A stretch of DNA of 64,000 bases from Octopus vulgaris (Eukaryota): NCBI GenBank assembly GCA_951406725.2, contig OX597824.1, forward strand, positions 95,914,001 through 95,978,000, written 5' to 3'. The translations under genes were made by a program, and so were the position numbers. The notes under the pieces are model-generated. The model did not search any database, was not told the origin of the DNA, and saw only the letters and a list, made by a program, of their open reading frames with translations. Numbering within the stretch: the first letter of the stretch is position 1; every line of letters starts with the position of its first letter. Positions 1-11,583 of the stretch are shown here, in pieces.

Positions 1-234
1 ACATCGTTTAAATGGCTTGGATTATTATTTGAGCCCGTCCTGGGCCGAAAGAAACTTCATGATAAAAGTTATTTTCCTATTCAAGGAAGGCAAAGCCTAG
101 CTGAAAAGTCCCAAATCACGAAGGAAGCTGAGAAATCTAAACCGGAAATGAGGGGCTTAGTTCTATGGCGGTCACCAGAAAGGTGCTTCCGGGAAAGATT
201 CCTGCACCTTGCGAAGGTGTTGTCCTTGATAATG

Positions 235-628
235 GTGGAGGCGCAATGGCCCAGTGGTTAGGGCAGCGGACTCGCGGTCATAGGATCGCGGTTTCGATTC
301 CCAGACCGGGCGTTGTGAGTGTTTATTGAGCGAAAACACCTAAAACACCTAAAGCTCCACGAGGCTCCGGCAGGGGATGGTGGTGATCCCTGCTGTACTC
401 TTTCACCACAACTTTCTCTCACTCTTACTTCCTGTTTCTGTTCTACCTGTATTTCAAGGGGCCGGCCTTGTCACTCTCTGTGTCACGCTGAATATCCCCG
501 AGAACTACGTTAAGGGTACACGTGTCTGTGGAGTGCTCAGCCACTTACACGTTAATTTCACGAGCAGGCTGTTCCGTTGATTCGGATCAACCGGAACCCT
601 CATCGTCGTAACTGACGGAGTGCTTCCA
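235..628 (+). mobile_element. tRNA-derived SINE, family A (full length, with TSD)
   Basis: tRNA-like head with A box (TGGCCCAGTGG) and B-box-like GGTTTCGATTCC; 12-bp target-site duplication TCCTTGATAATG at 223-234 and 629-640; many related copies in the window. Confidence 0.9.
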
Positions 629-943
629 TCCTTGATAATGATAAACTTATGCTGAGTTGCCGTTCCATTTACTTCCCAGTAACACTAGAATCGATCTCTA
701 CAATCCGTAAATCGGCTCCAAATCAATCAGGAGGCCCACCCGTGCCAATGAAAACCTCTGTACAAGTGGCCTATCGGCGTAACGCCGTCGGAGGTTTTCG
801 CCTTTATTTATCATGTCGTCGGAAAGATCCCATGCAGACACTTCATGTCCGTGTGTGAATCTTTAGACGAGGAAGTAAATAATCGACTGTATCCAACAAA
901 TATAAACAAGTATACTTCGTATATTAAATTGCTCATTAAACTC

Positions 944-1262
944 TGTGTGTGTGTGTGTGTTTGGGGAGAGATATATTAGGTTGTATGTATGTGTGTATTT
1001 ATGTATGTATGTGTGTATGTATGTGTGTTTGTGTGTATGTATGCATATATGTGTATGTATGTGTGTATGTATGCATATGTGTATGTATGTATGTGTATAT
1101 ATATGTGTGTATGTATGTATACATGTATGTGTGTATGTATTTATGTATGTGTCTGTATATATGTATGTGTATGCATGTGTGTATGTGTGTGCATTCATAC
1201 GTACCTGCGTGCATGCATGCATGTGTGTACACGCGTGCGTGTATGCGTGTATGTGTATGCGT
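944..1262. repeat. Compound (TG)n/(TATG)n microsatellite
   Basis: Direct reading. Confidence 0.95.
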
Positions 1263-2009
1263 TTCCTCTCTGCTCACCCTTTGTCTATGAGTATTGGTTT
1301 GTTTATGTCCTTGTATCTCAACAGTAAAAGGGACGAAAATAATGAATACCAGACTTTAAAAGATAAACAAGTAGTGGAGGGGGGCAACTTGTTGGGACGG
1401 TAGCGTGTCACCCATGGCTGCAATCCAATGACTGGAACAAGTAAAAGATAAAAGAACCAACAACTTAACACGAAGGTCCATTTTCGACAAGCTGAACGCG
1501 ATTCCGACTCGAAACCGTTGTAATTCTACCACAAATGTCTTTGAGGAAAGATGGAAACTTCCTAATACCAAAGTTCTACAGTCATTTAGGCTTCTACCAA
1601 AATTCTGAATTCAGATTTTAGATAAGAGACAAAGCAATATAAATATAACCGAGATATTGTAATGCCACGGCCGGGACTGTATTATTTGCATCAAGTGCCA
1701 AAGGAGATATCAGTTGATATCATTTTTTTTAGATTTTCTTTTCTTTACTTTTATCTCTTAGTCACGTCTGGCACGGAATGAATCGTAGATAAAAAGGAAT
1801 TTGTTGTTCCAACTTGATCTGATGTTATCAAAATATACTCTCTACCCCTTTTCTTTTATTTTCACATTTGACCTTTTACTTGTTTCATTCATTAGACTAC
1901 GACCATGCTGAGGCAACGCCTTGAAGGGTTTTAGTTGAAGAAATCGTCCCCAGTTCTTATATTTTTAAGTAGAAAAAGAAAGATGAAATAGTTCCTTCTC
2001 AAACTATGC

Positions 2010-2230
2010 AAGGTTCATAAGGGCCGGTTTCAGTGGTGTATAAATTCTGCACCTGGATGGGACACCAATCCGTTGCAGGATTAACTCACTTTTGCCAGCT
2101 GAGTGGACTGGAGCAACGTGAAACGAAGTGTTTTGCTCTAGAACAGAACGCATCACCCAGTCTCGGAATCGAAACCACAATCTTACGATCGTGAGTCCAA
2201 CACCTTAACCACTAAGCCACACGCCTCCAC
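2010..2230 (-). mobile_element. tRNA-derived SINE related to family A
   Basis: Minus strand begins GTGGAGGCGTGTGGCTTAGTGGTTAAGG and has GGTTTCGATTCC; 3' part shares the GAAACCGGCCCTTATGA tail with the 11584 copy. Confidence 0.75.
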
Positions 2231-2234
2231 ATGT

Positions 2235-2366
2235 TTTTAAGTTTGGTACTTATTCTATTGGTCTCTTTTGCCAAACCACTAAGTTACAGGGATGTAAACA
2301 CACCAGCATTGGTTGTCAAGCAATGTTGGGGGGACAAACACAGACACACAAACATATACAACATAT

Positions 2367-2427
<61 letters not shown>

Positions 2428-2605
2428 CATATACACATACATATACACAACAGGCTTCTTTCAGTTTCCGTCTACCAAATCCACTCACAAAGCTTTGGTC
2501 GGTCCGAGGCTATAGTAGAAGACACTTACCCAATGTGCCATGCAGTGGGACTGAACCCAGAACCATGTGGTTCATAAGCAAGCTACTTACCACACAACCG
2601 CTCCT
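2235..2605 (-). mobile_element. tRNA-derived SINE, family B, with internal (TA)n/(TG)n
   Basis: Matches the copies at 8635, 15130, 25020, 48269 and 51607. Confidence 0.85.
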
Positions 2606-2954
2606 TTTTTTATTGTGTGCTACTGGCTTCTCAAGTCACCACTTTGGTGCTATGGACTTGGAAATTCCGATGGACAGTGTAACCTCCATTTCACTGAAGT
2701 CGTCTCAGCCTGAGGATTAGCTACGACGGCGTTATTCATTGCTTAACTATTACATCAAGAGGTTCATCTAGCAAAGAAACTCGCGTAGCAAGCATATACA
2801 TATGTCTGTATGTATACACATGCAAACATAAACACACACACACACAGAATGTGACAGGGATTTGTAAAATTCTGCAATTATTATTGCAAATGTTGTCGTT
2901 CAGTAGAAAGGGAAATATCTTTTAGAGCTGCTTCATAAAATCATCTACTGACTG

Positions 2955-3260
2955 ATTTTTTTGTTCCTTCTTGAGCCACGCCTGGCTCATAAGGGCCGGT
3001 TTCCCGGTTTCCTTAGCGTATAGTTTCCCCACCTGGATGGGACACCGGTCCGTCGCAGGTGACCTGCAAGATGCAGGAGGAAAGAGTGAGAGAAAGTTGT
3101 GGCAAAAGAGTCAGTAGAAGTTCGACATTACCTTCCGCCGGAGACACATGGAACTTAGGTGTTTCACTCATAAACACACACATCGCCCGGTCTGAGATTC
3201 GAACCCACAATTCCTCAACCGCAAGTCCGCTGCTCTAACCACTAGGCCATGTGTCTCCAC
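2955..3260 (-). mobile_element. SINE family A
   Basis: Reverse complement of the 11584-11888 copy. Confidence 0.85.
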
Positions 3261-3476
3261 ACTGACTGATTTAGGGATTCTTAAAAGATTTTGAACAATC
3301 ATTAAAATGTGAATTTGTTAAAGGATAGAATTTAGGAATTTCAAAAATAACAGTACTCTAATGAAATTGTTGAGATTTAGAATATCTTTATTTATATTAT
3401 TCATTTGTGTTTTCAGTTAAATATTCACAACAAAGTAAGATTATAGCTATCTAAAAATGCAAGCAATTATCAAATA

Positions 3477-3517
3477 TTTATTGATTAAATTGTAAATTAT
3501 TGCACATATTATTTATT
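3477..3517 (-). terminator. Polyadenylation signals (AATAAA) of the M4 protease gene
   Basis: AATAAA on the minus strand at 3517-3512 and 3482-3477 (another at 3392-3387), just downstream of the stop codon ending at 3554. Confidence 0.55.
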
Positions 3518-3553
3518 ATTGAAACCAGTAGTTAATATAATTTGGTTGTATTT

Positions 3554-5463
3554 TTAATACTTATAGTCCTCATCACACATTAGTTCATGTAACGTATAAT
3601 CATCATAGGATTCAGCAATGAAAAAAGGATCACACTCATACGTAGCACGCAGAGTAACATTTTCTAAACTTTCTCTAGATTCTGGAGACAATTTGATAAA
3701 CATTTTAGATTCTTCAAGATTTCCTAAAGTCACTTCTGATGTGCCTTCACCTAACAATGTATCTGCTTCCAAACCATCTCCCTCTGTTAACATATTGTGC
3801 TTTGATAACTTAATATGAACTTTGCCACACATACTAGTGGCAATAACTGTAATATTCCCAACTAGCTTTGGATAACCAAGTTCAAAGACTGGGTTGGCTT
3901 CAGCTGATACTCTAATGCCTGATATTGGTCTGCGAAATATCAATCTTTGAATATGTTTCTCTACATCACATGGTTTAATTCCTGTAACTTCATAGGCTTT
4001 AATAAAGGGGGTTAGATCTTTGCCAAGGTCATAAGCAACCTTCAACATATCACAAGCCCCAGAAGTGAAATCTGTAAAAGGGTGCCAATATATTGTATTG
4101 GCAATGAGGAAAACTTGGTAAGTTTCTTTAATGTCCATTTTTAATTCATGTACAATGTAGTAAAAAATATAATTATAAATTCCGCTTCCCAAATGAACGT
4201 CCAAATCTGAAGTAAAATTATCTACATGACTAACAGAGACGTTGTCTAAGGAGGGGCTTGCCATGTATCTCAGTGCATCCGTATTTTTCATGACATCAAA
4301 GCCAACAAACCAGTCATTCTTACCCATATAAGCTTCAGTGATTTCTCCCGTTATATCGGAAAATGCCTCATTCATGGCTCCAGACTGGCCTGCATAAATC
4401 AATCCGGAGTGTTGTTCTGTGAAGCCATGAGCAAGTTCATGTGCAACGATATCTCCGACTGTAAAAGGATAAAACATTTCAAAACCATCACCAAACGTGC
4501 AATATTCCCCATCCCAAAATGCATTTTCAAAATAGGTCCCATAATGAACCCGCAGTATTGCTTGCTTGTTTAATACTGAAGTATTAAACCATTCCTGAAA
4601 CATCTGAGATACCATGCTGCCATAATAGAAGGCATCAAGTGCTGGGGATATGGCCGTATTAACACTGTCATTAAAACCAACCTCACAAACATAATACATA
4701 GGATCTGTTTCATTAGGATTTGCACTGCGACTGTTTTGCATGTCTATTACTTTTACATAATTATTTTCAAGAAAACACATCTCACCAATCCGAGTTATAA
4801 AAGCTTTGTGATTTTTGTCACTAAAATTGTATATTCCTGATTTTTCATTACCACCAGAACCAGTCAGTACTTTAGAAATGGTATCTAAGTTATTATATTT
4901 CAGCAGTATTTCTCCAGTATTACCATCAATAACAAATGTAGGCCGTTTAATAACTTCTTCATTTTCTATTCGATAACTTATATGGTACGCTAATCGAGAT
5001 TTGCTATTTTTATCCAGAAAAATCATAATTTTGTATTCTGGGTGGATACTATCTGCAGAAGCTTCATCTCCCTCTGCTTTCAAGGCAATATCAAAGACAT
5101 CTGATTTTGAAAGCTTTGGTTCTACATTTGTGATATCATCTTCAATTCCTTGAATAAATGTTCCCGTTGCATCCCCAGTCAAATGTCCCTCGTGATCTTG
5201 GGTAACAGTTAATGAAGCATCAAAAACAGGAACACCCAAGAACTTCTCTTGTAAGCGTAAAACTTCGGTGCCTTCAGCTGTTTTGATACGGTTTGATTCT
5301 TCGACTTCTTCATATTCCTTCAAACCAAGAAGATCTCTGACTGTTATTTTAGCTTTGTCTAAATGACGCCGCTGCAATGAAGATGAAGAGTAAACCATCT
5401 TCTTTGCTCTTTCATGAGCATCAACACGTTGAGCTGCATCAGATGTCTTTATCAACAATAGAC
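3554..5463 (-). CDS. M4-family (thermolysin/vibriolysin/pseudolysin-like) secreted zinc metalloprotease, exon 2: end of signal peptide, FTP + PepSY propeptide, catalytic domain, PPC-like C-terminal region
   Basis: HELAH (HExxH, 4441-4427), NEAFSD third Zn ligand, NAFWDG, LRYM, DVHLGSG; propeptide motifs RLQEKFLGVPVF and FVIDGNTGEIL; mature-domain start TGSGGNEKSG. Acceptor TTTTCATTTTTTTAG| immediately precedes 5463; frame open to TAA. Confidence 0.95.
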
Positions 5464-5606
5464 CTAAAAAAATGAAAACATTACAATTATTAATAACAGA
5501 AAAATCAGAATTTTTTTTCTTCAAGACCAAGATTAATTTGTTGACAAAACATTCATACACAGTTTAGGCCTATATTTATTTTTAAAAGAATTAAATTCAT
5601 TAACAA

Positions 5607-5989
5607 TCTCTCTATATATAAAGCTGGAGTTGTCTGTGTATGGCAGGTTTGGTAGCCTTCAACTAACACTATCTCCTCCGAGATCCTGCGGTGCGAGTTG
5701 ACCAAAATTGAGAGTATGATAAAAGAAGGTTTCCTCTTCATTCCATTGAAGAAAAAATTCAAATCGGACCATGTTAACAGCAAAAATTATTTACATCAAA
5801 AAGGTGCTTTTTTTTCTATGAAAATCCCTATTTTTTTACTGCTGTGTCACCATTTTTCGGTGTATTTCAACCAGAAAAATGCTCACTTAAAGAGAATAAC
5901 AAGCTACATAATGCAAAATTTTTACTCTTCAAAAATTCCAATTCTAAAGGGCCGAAACAAACCCGAGCAATGCCGGGCAATACTGCTAG
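5607..5989 (+). mobile_element. Non-autonomous Helitron-like element
   Basis: Sits between A and T; 5' end TCTCTCTATATATAAAG; subterminal hairpin CCCGAGCAATGCCGGG (5962-5977); 3' CTAG; no TSD. Confidence 0.8.
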
Positions 5990-6419
5990 TTTAAATATGA
6001 ATATAAGCCCATAATCTAAGATATATTGCTCACTAAAAAATTTCTGGACAAATTTGTCCAAATATAAATTCAATATGTTTCTGTAATTAATTTAATATTT
6101 GATGAAATAGGGGAGTGGTTTGTTAAGTGAATGGATGTGGGTATCCTTTTTGTTAAACAACAATCAACATCTGAAAGCTAAAAGTTAACTGAGGTCTGTG
6201 CATTTTTTGGTGTAGGATAATTTGGCTGATTTGAATGCAGCCTGGTTAGAGTCAATGTTTGGCAATTTTAACTTTTTAGCATTTGAGGTTATTCTGTCAA
6301 ATCTGGTGCTTATTTATTCAATTGTTTTGTATCAATCATACATCTTCTAAGAGCTGTGGAATTTTGATGATGTGATTGTTTATTTTTACAGTTCTATATT
6401 TAAGAGATGAGGAATTATG

Positions 6420-6542
6420 TACATTATTTACATTATTTACATTATTTACATCATTTACATTATTTGCATTATTTACATTATTTACATTATTTGCATTATT
6501 TGCATTATTTACATTATTTACATTATTTACATTATTTACATT
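6420..6542. repeat. 9-bp tandem repeat (ACATTATTT)n; expanded 3' tail of the hammerhead-bearing element
   Basis: About 13 units with variants; the complementary unit AAATAATGT ends the copy near 8186. Confidence 0.85.
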
Positions 6543-6575
6543 TGACGGATATTTGTCCTCATCTTGTTTGTTGTT

Positions 6576-6621
6576 AACACAACGTTTCAGCTGATATACC
6601 CTCCAGCCTTCATCAGGTGTC
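6576..6621 (-). ncRNA. Minimal type I hammerhead ribozyme motif
   Basis: Minus strand reads GACAC-CTGATGA-A-GGCTG-gagggtatat-CAGCT-GAAA-CG-TT-GTGTT: stem I, core CUGAUGA, stem II, GAAA, palindromic AACGTT. Confidence 0.75.
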
Positions 6622-7241
6622 TTGGGGAAATTTCGACCCTGGGTTTTCATTCCTAAGGTATTTTTTGGTGTTATTATTATTATTATTGAGTGAGAGAGCA
6701 GTGCATGCCATCAAAGTAACATTGAGGCAAAATATACGAAGCCCAGTATACCCATCATGACTACCCGTCTGATAAGGGTACACCAGGCACAAGCATCACA
6801 ACCATATGTGCGCAACATGGTGATCTCATATCAAGATAAACAGCGCATGACATTGCAGGTGGGGCCCAGTTAGAATTTTCTTCTGGTCGAGTAGCCCATC
6901 CCGCTCAAAAGGTCCCTGAATAAGGTTTGTTTAAGGATGTTGAATGAAACACCCATGTTTCCAGAGGTGAAATATCTAAGCCCCAAAGAATTCCTCTCAA
7001 CACATGGCTATGATGCTCCCCCACTACTTCTGCTCATGATCAGAAATTCACATATCGTCAGCCACTAAGGGACATGCTCAACTGGTTACGGTCAAACAAC
7101 TGACAAGCAAATCTGTGGCATTGAGCAGGATATTTGCTGTAGCCCATCTTTTATACCAAGACAAGACAATGTACATGATAACACTTCCAATCAGTTAAGA
7201 TCAGAAGCCATGAGAGCCACTGCCTGGTACTGCATCAGGGC

Positions 7242-7291
<50 letters not shown>

Positions 7292-7465
7292 TGTTTGACT
7301 TTTGCTTTACATTTGTACAAGTTGGCTCCAAGTTTCACCCAGAGACATCAAGAGACAACAAGTTGGAAGTTCTATTATTATTATTATTATTAAAATTATT
7401 CAGGTCACTGCCTGGAATCGAACTCAAGATTCCAAGCTCGATTCCAGTCAGTGAGCTGAATAATT

Positions 7466-7502
<37 letters not shown>

Positions 7503-8089
7503 TGATGATAACAATAATAATGATGATGATGATGATGATAACAATAATAATAATAACATCAAATATCCTGCTCAATGCCACAGATTTGCTTGTCAGTTGT
7601 TTGACCTTAACCAGTTGAGCATGTCCCTTAGTGGCTGACGATATGTGAATTTCTGATCACGAGCAGAAGTAGTCGGGGAGCATCATAGCCATGTGTTGAG
7701 AGGAATTCTTTGGGGCTTAGATATTTCACCTCTGGAAACATGGGTGGTTCATTCAACATCCTTAAACAAACCTTATTCAGGGACCTTTTGAGCGGGATGG
7801 GCTACTCGACCAGAAGAAAATTCTAACTGGGCCCCACCTGCAAGGTCATGTGCTGTTTATCTTGATATGAGATCACCATGTTGCGCACATATGGCTGTGA
7901 TGCATGTGCCTGGTGTACCCTTATCAGACGGGTAGTCATGATGGGTAAACTGGGCTTCATATATTTTACCCCAGTGTTACTTTGATGGCATGCACTGCTC
8001 TCTCACTCAATAATAATAATAATAATAATAATGATAATAATATCAAAAAATACCTTAGAAATGAGAACCCAGGTTCAAAATTTCCCCAA

Positions 8090-8135
8090 GACACCTGATG
8101 AAGGCTGGAGGGAATATCAACCGAAAAGTTGTGTT
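8090..8135 (+). ncRNA. Degenerate minimal hammerhead motif (mirror copy)
   Basis: GACAC-CTGATGA-A-GGCTG...CAACC-GAAA-AGTT-GTGTT; stem II mismatch and the AACGTT palindrome is lost. Confidence 0.5.
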
Positions 8136-8186
8136 AACAACAAACAAGATGAGGACAAGTATCCGTCAAATAATGTAAATAATGTA

Positions 8187-8450
8187 GGTGCAGGAGTGGC
8201 TGTGTGATAAGTAGCTTGCTTACCAACCACATGATTCCGAGTTCAGTCCCACTGCGTGACACTTTGGGCAAGTGTCTTCTACTATAGCCTCGGGCCGACC
8301 AAAGACTTGTGAGTAGATTTGATAGTCGGAAACTGAAAGAAGCCGTCGTATATATGTATGAATAAGTCTTGGGGTCAATTTGCTCGACTAAAGGCGGTGC
8401 TCCAGTATGGCCTCAGTCAAATGACTGAAACAAGTAAAAGAGTAAAAGAA
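8187..8450 (+). mobile_element. SINE family B (internally deleted)
   Basis: Head GGTGCAGGAGTGGCTGTGTG..., tail ...AATGACTGAAACAAGTAAAAGAGTAAAA. Confidence 0.8.
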
Positions 8451-8634
8451 TGTTTATTTTTAGATTGACATTGTAGGGTAGGTGTGAGAGACCAGATCTG
8501 GTTGATTTGAACAGAAAAAGGGGGAATATTTTGGTCAGATATGGCTGGTTTAAAGGGTTGAAGGTTCAAACTTCAGTATTGTTACTTCATATGTCTTTTC
8601 AAGTGATTCATCAATGACTTACAATGATAACAAA

Positions 8635-8794
8635 GAAGTGTGTGACTGTGTGGTAAGTAGCTTGCTTACCAATCACATGGTTCCAGGTTCAGTCTTACTG
8701 TGCGGCACCTTGGGCAAGTGTCTTCTACTATAACCTTGGGCCAACCAAAGCCTTGTGAGTGGATTTGGTAGACGGAAACTGAAAGAAGCCCGTC

Positions 8795-8884
<90 letters not shown>

Positions 8885-9085
8885 GTGTGTGTGTTTGTCC
8901 CCCACCATCACTTGACAACTGATGTTAGTGTGTTTACATTCCCGTAACTTAGCAGCTCAGCAAAAGAGACTGACAGGATAAATACTAGGCTTAGAAAGAA
9001 AAAGTCCTGGGATCAAGTTGTTTGACTAAAGGTGGTGCTCCAGCATGACTACAGTCAAATGATTAAAACAAATAGACGAATAAAA
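8635..9085 (+). mobile_element. SINE family B with internal (TG)n
   Basis: tRNA-like head, CORE-like CACCTTGGGCAAGT, microsatellite and conserved tail. Confidence 0.85.
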
Positions 9086-9285
9086 AAAAAGAATAAAATA
9101 TTATTAATAGTGAAAAACCTGAAAATTATTATCTTAACGAGGACAAGAATTATTTGGCAGGTGTGGGAATAGAATCTTAAAAAATGCAATTTTATAGTTT
9201 CATGTTTAAAAATTATTAATGTAGAATAAAGTATTGCATTTTGTTTATTAGAATTCAAACAAAATGACATTTATACTTTATTTCA

Positions 9286-9615
9286 ATCATCATCATCATC
9301 ATCATCATTTAACGTCCATTTTCCATGCTAGCATGGGTTGGACGGTTCGACTGGGGTCTGGTAAACCATGGAGGCTGCACCAGGCTCCAATCTTGATCTG
9401 GCAGTGTTTCTGCAGCTGGATGCCCTTCCTAACGCCAACCACTCCGTGGGTGTAGTGGGTGCTTTTTACGTGCCACCGGCACAGGGACCAGAGGAGGCTG
9501 GCAAACGGCCATGATCAGTTGGTGCTTTTACATGTCACTGACACGGACACCAGTCAGGCGGCGCTGGCATCTGCCACGTTTGGACAGTGCTTTTTACGTG
9601 TCACCAGCACAGGTG
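9286..9615 (-). mobile_element. SINE/LINE-tail-like repeat, family D, with (GAT)n tail
   Basis: Reverse complement of the 9970-10250 and 10915-11135 copies (GGTTGGCGTTAGGAAGGGCATCCAGC...CCCATGCTAGCATGG...GATGATGAT). Confidence 0.8.
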
Positions 9616-9965
9616 TCTTAACTACAATTTCCATTTGATTTTTATTTTGATGTTGGTGTTGACGTACTTGACTCGAGAACAGCGGGTCACTCTATGATCC
9701 AAGGTTAGCACAGCAGGCCGTCCTGCGAGCCATGTAAAATAAAATATTTCAATGCAATTACTTGAAGCTTTGACTTATAACATCACTTCATTTTCACAGG
9801 AAAAGCCAAATTATATTCATGCCTGTTCCGCTTCAGGCTAAACATTATGTTGTAAAACATAATTCTTTTTCCTGGCAAAATAACCTGCAATAGGAAAAAG
9901 ATCAACCGTCGATGGAGGGAAAAGGATGATTGCTATGTGTTTTCAATGATAGCTTTGGGGTTTTT

Positions 9966-10250
9966 TTCGTTGCCAGCCTCGCCTGGCCCCCGTGCCGGTG
10001 GCACAGAAAAAGCACCATCCGATCGTGGCCGTTTGCCAGACTCGTCTGGCACCTGTGCCGGTGGTACGTAAAAAGCACCCACTACACTCATGGAGTGGTT
10101 GGCGTTAGGAAGGGCATCCAGCCGTAGAAACATTGCCAGATCAAACTGGGCCTGGTGCAGCCACCTGGCTTCCCAGATCCCCGGTCGAACCGTCCAACCC
10201 ATGCTAGCATGGAGAACGGACGCTAAACGATGATGATGATAATGATGATT
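9966..10250 (+). mobile_element. Family D repeat
   Basis: Same motifs as the 9286 and 10915 copies. Confidence 0.8.
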
Positions 10251-10292
10251 TGAGTCCATAATTTTAGCTTTCAACTAAATGATCTGACAGTC

Positions 10293-10337
<45 letters not shown>

Positions 10338-10909
10338 AGACAGACAGACAGCATCACTCAGTAAAATGTAAAATCCTGTCCTCAGTGATGGGCATTTTCT
10401 TGTAAATGGTTTTCATGTTCCTATTTTCAAACTTCTAAATATCACTGAAGCTTTAATCCATTCTCTAAGAATATCCTTCTATTTACATCCCGTAAGTCCC
10501 ATTCATTTTTATATTATTAATCTATTTCAGTGAAAAAATATTCTAGAAACAAATCTTTTCACAATTATTTCCAAAGAACAAATAAAAGTGAACAATTCTA
10601 AACACATTACGAATAGGTTCTATAGACACAGCTTCTATTGTAATTCATTTAGATTTGTATTAATTATGCATTGATTATGAATGGTTATTGATACATAAAC
10701 TGTGTTCCCAGGAAATCCTTGGGCTCCCAGCGCCAGTGTTCTCAACAAAGGTATGTAATAAATCACTAAATCCATTACTTCTAGCAATGATGTTTTGCCC
10801 TTAGTTTCCCAGCAAAACCACAGGAACTTTAGGTTACTAAAGTCATTATTCCCTGTAAAAACATTTAAATTTAGGGTGATAATGTCATTGATCCTTGGGC
10901 ATGTATAAA

Positions 10910-11135
10910 ACGATTCGAGCGAGGTCGTTGCCAGTACCGCCTGACTGGCCCCGTGCCGGTGGCACGTGAAAAGCACCCAATACATTCTTGGAGTTGTTGG
11001 CATTAGGAAGGGCATCTAGCTGTAGAAACTCTGCCAGATCAAGATTGGAGCCTGGTGCAGCCATCTGGTTCGCCAGCCCTCAGTCAAAATCGTCCAACCC
11101 ATGCTAGCACGGAAAGCGGACGTTAAACGATGAGA
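10910..11135 (+). mobile_element. Family D repeat
   Basis: Same motifs as the 9286 and 9966 copies. Confidence 0.8.
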
Positions 11136-11583
11136 ATAGTACCCAACAAAGGAAATGAATATATAAGCTTCTAAATCATTGTCAACAGTAAAAACGTTCG
11201 TGTTTTTAAAAACATTGATCCACAAGACTAGATTTAGTGTTTAGTTTGCTAAAGCTATTGCTCTCAACCCATGCCACATAGTGTTTAGTTTACTAAAGCC
11301 ATTGTTAGCCAGGAAAGACACTAAGGTATTTGGTTTTGCAAAAACCATTCTTCCTTAAAATAAAAAAAATTGACTCTGGGTTGCTGCAGATATGTATTTC
11401 AGTAAAGATACTCAACATTGTTCCCTGCAAAGTCATGCAACCCACAAAGAGTCAAGTGTTTTTGCCAGGAGCGACTGCTCTATGTTTTCAATGATAGCTT
11501 TGAGCTTTATTTTATACTTCACCTTTCAATTAAATTATTTGACAACCTAGAGAGAGATGCAGAGACTGAGACAGACGCACAGA

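Larger units (their letters stand above)
6535..8186. repeat. Large imperfect palindrome (inverted duplication) centred near 7429
   Basis: 6535-7136 is the reverse complement of 7560-8186; central hairpin TTAAAATTATTCAGGTCACTGCCTGGAATCGA / TCGATTCCAGTCAGTGAGCTGAATAATTTTAA. Confidence 0.9.

Noticed and set aside
235-312. tRNA gene (also at 11584, 44712 and others)
   Set aside because: tRNA-like SINE heads with irregular anticodon/acceptor arms, continuing into repeat bodies with TSDs
3554-5463. Bacterial contaminant contig
   Set aside because: No operon or neighbouring bacterial genes; has a spliceosomal intron, Kozak context, polyA signals, AT-rich codons and host SINEs on both sides
5464-5560. 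ORF-track N-terminal 32 aa (MYECFVNK...) as the protease start
   Set aside because: Poor signal peptide that reads through a pyrimidine tract and AG; better explained as intron given the in-phase upstream exon
9760-9885. Alternative signal exon MNIIWLFL on the minus strand
   Set aside because: Ends in a stop codon, and the nearby GT is in phase 2, incompatible with exon 2
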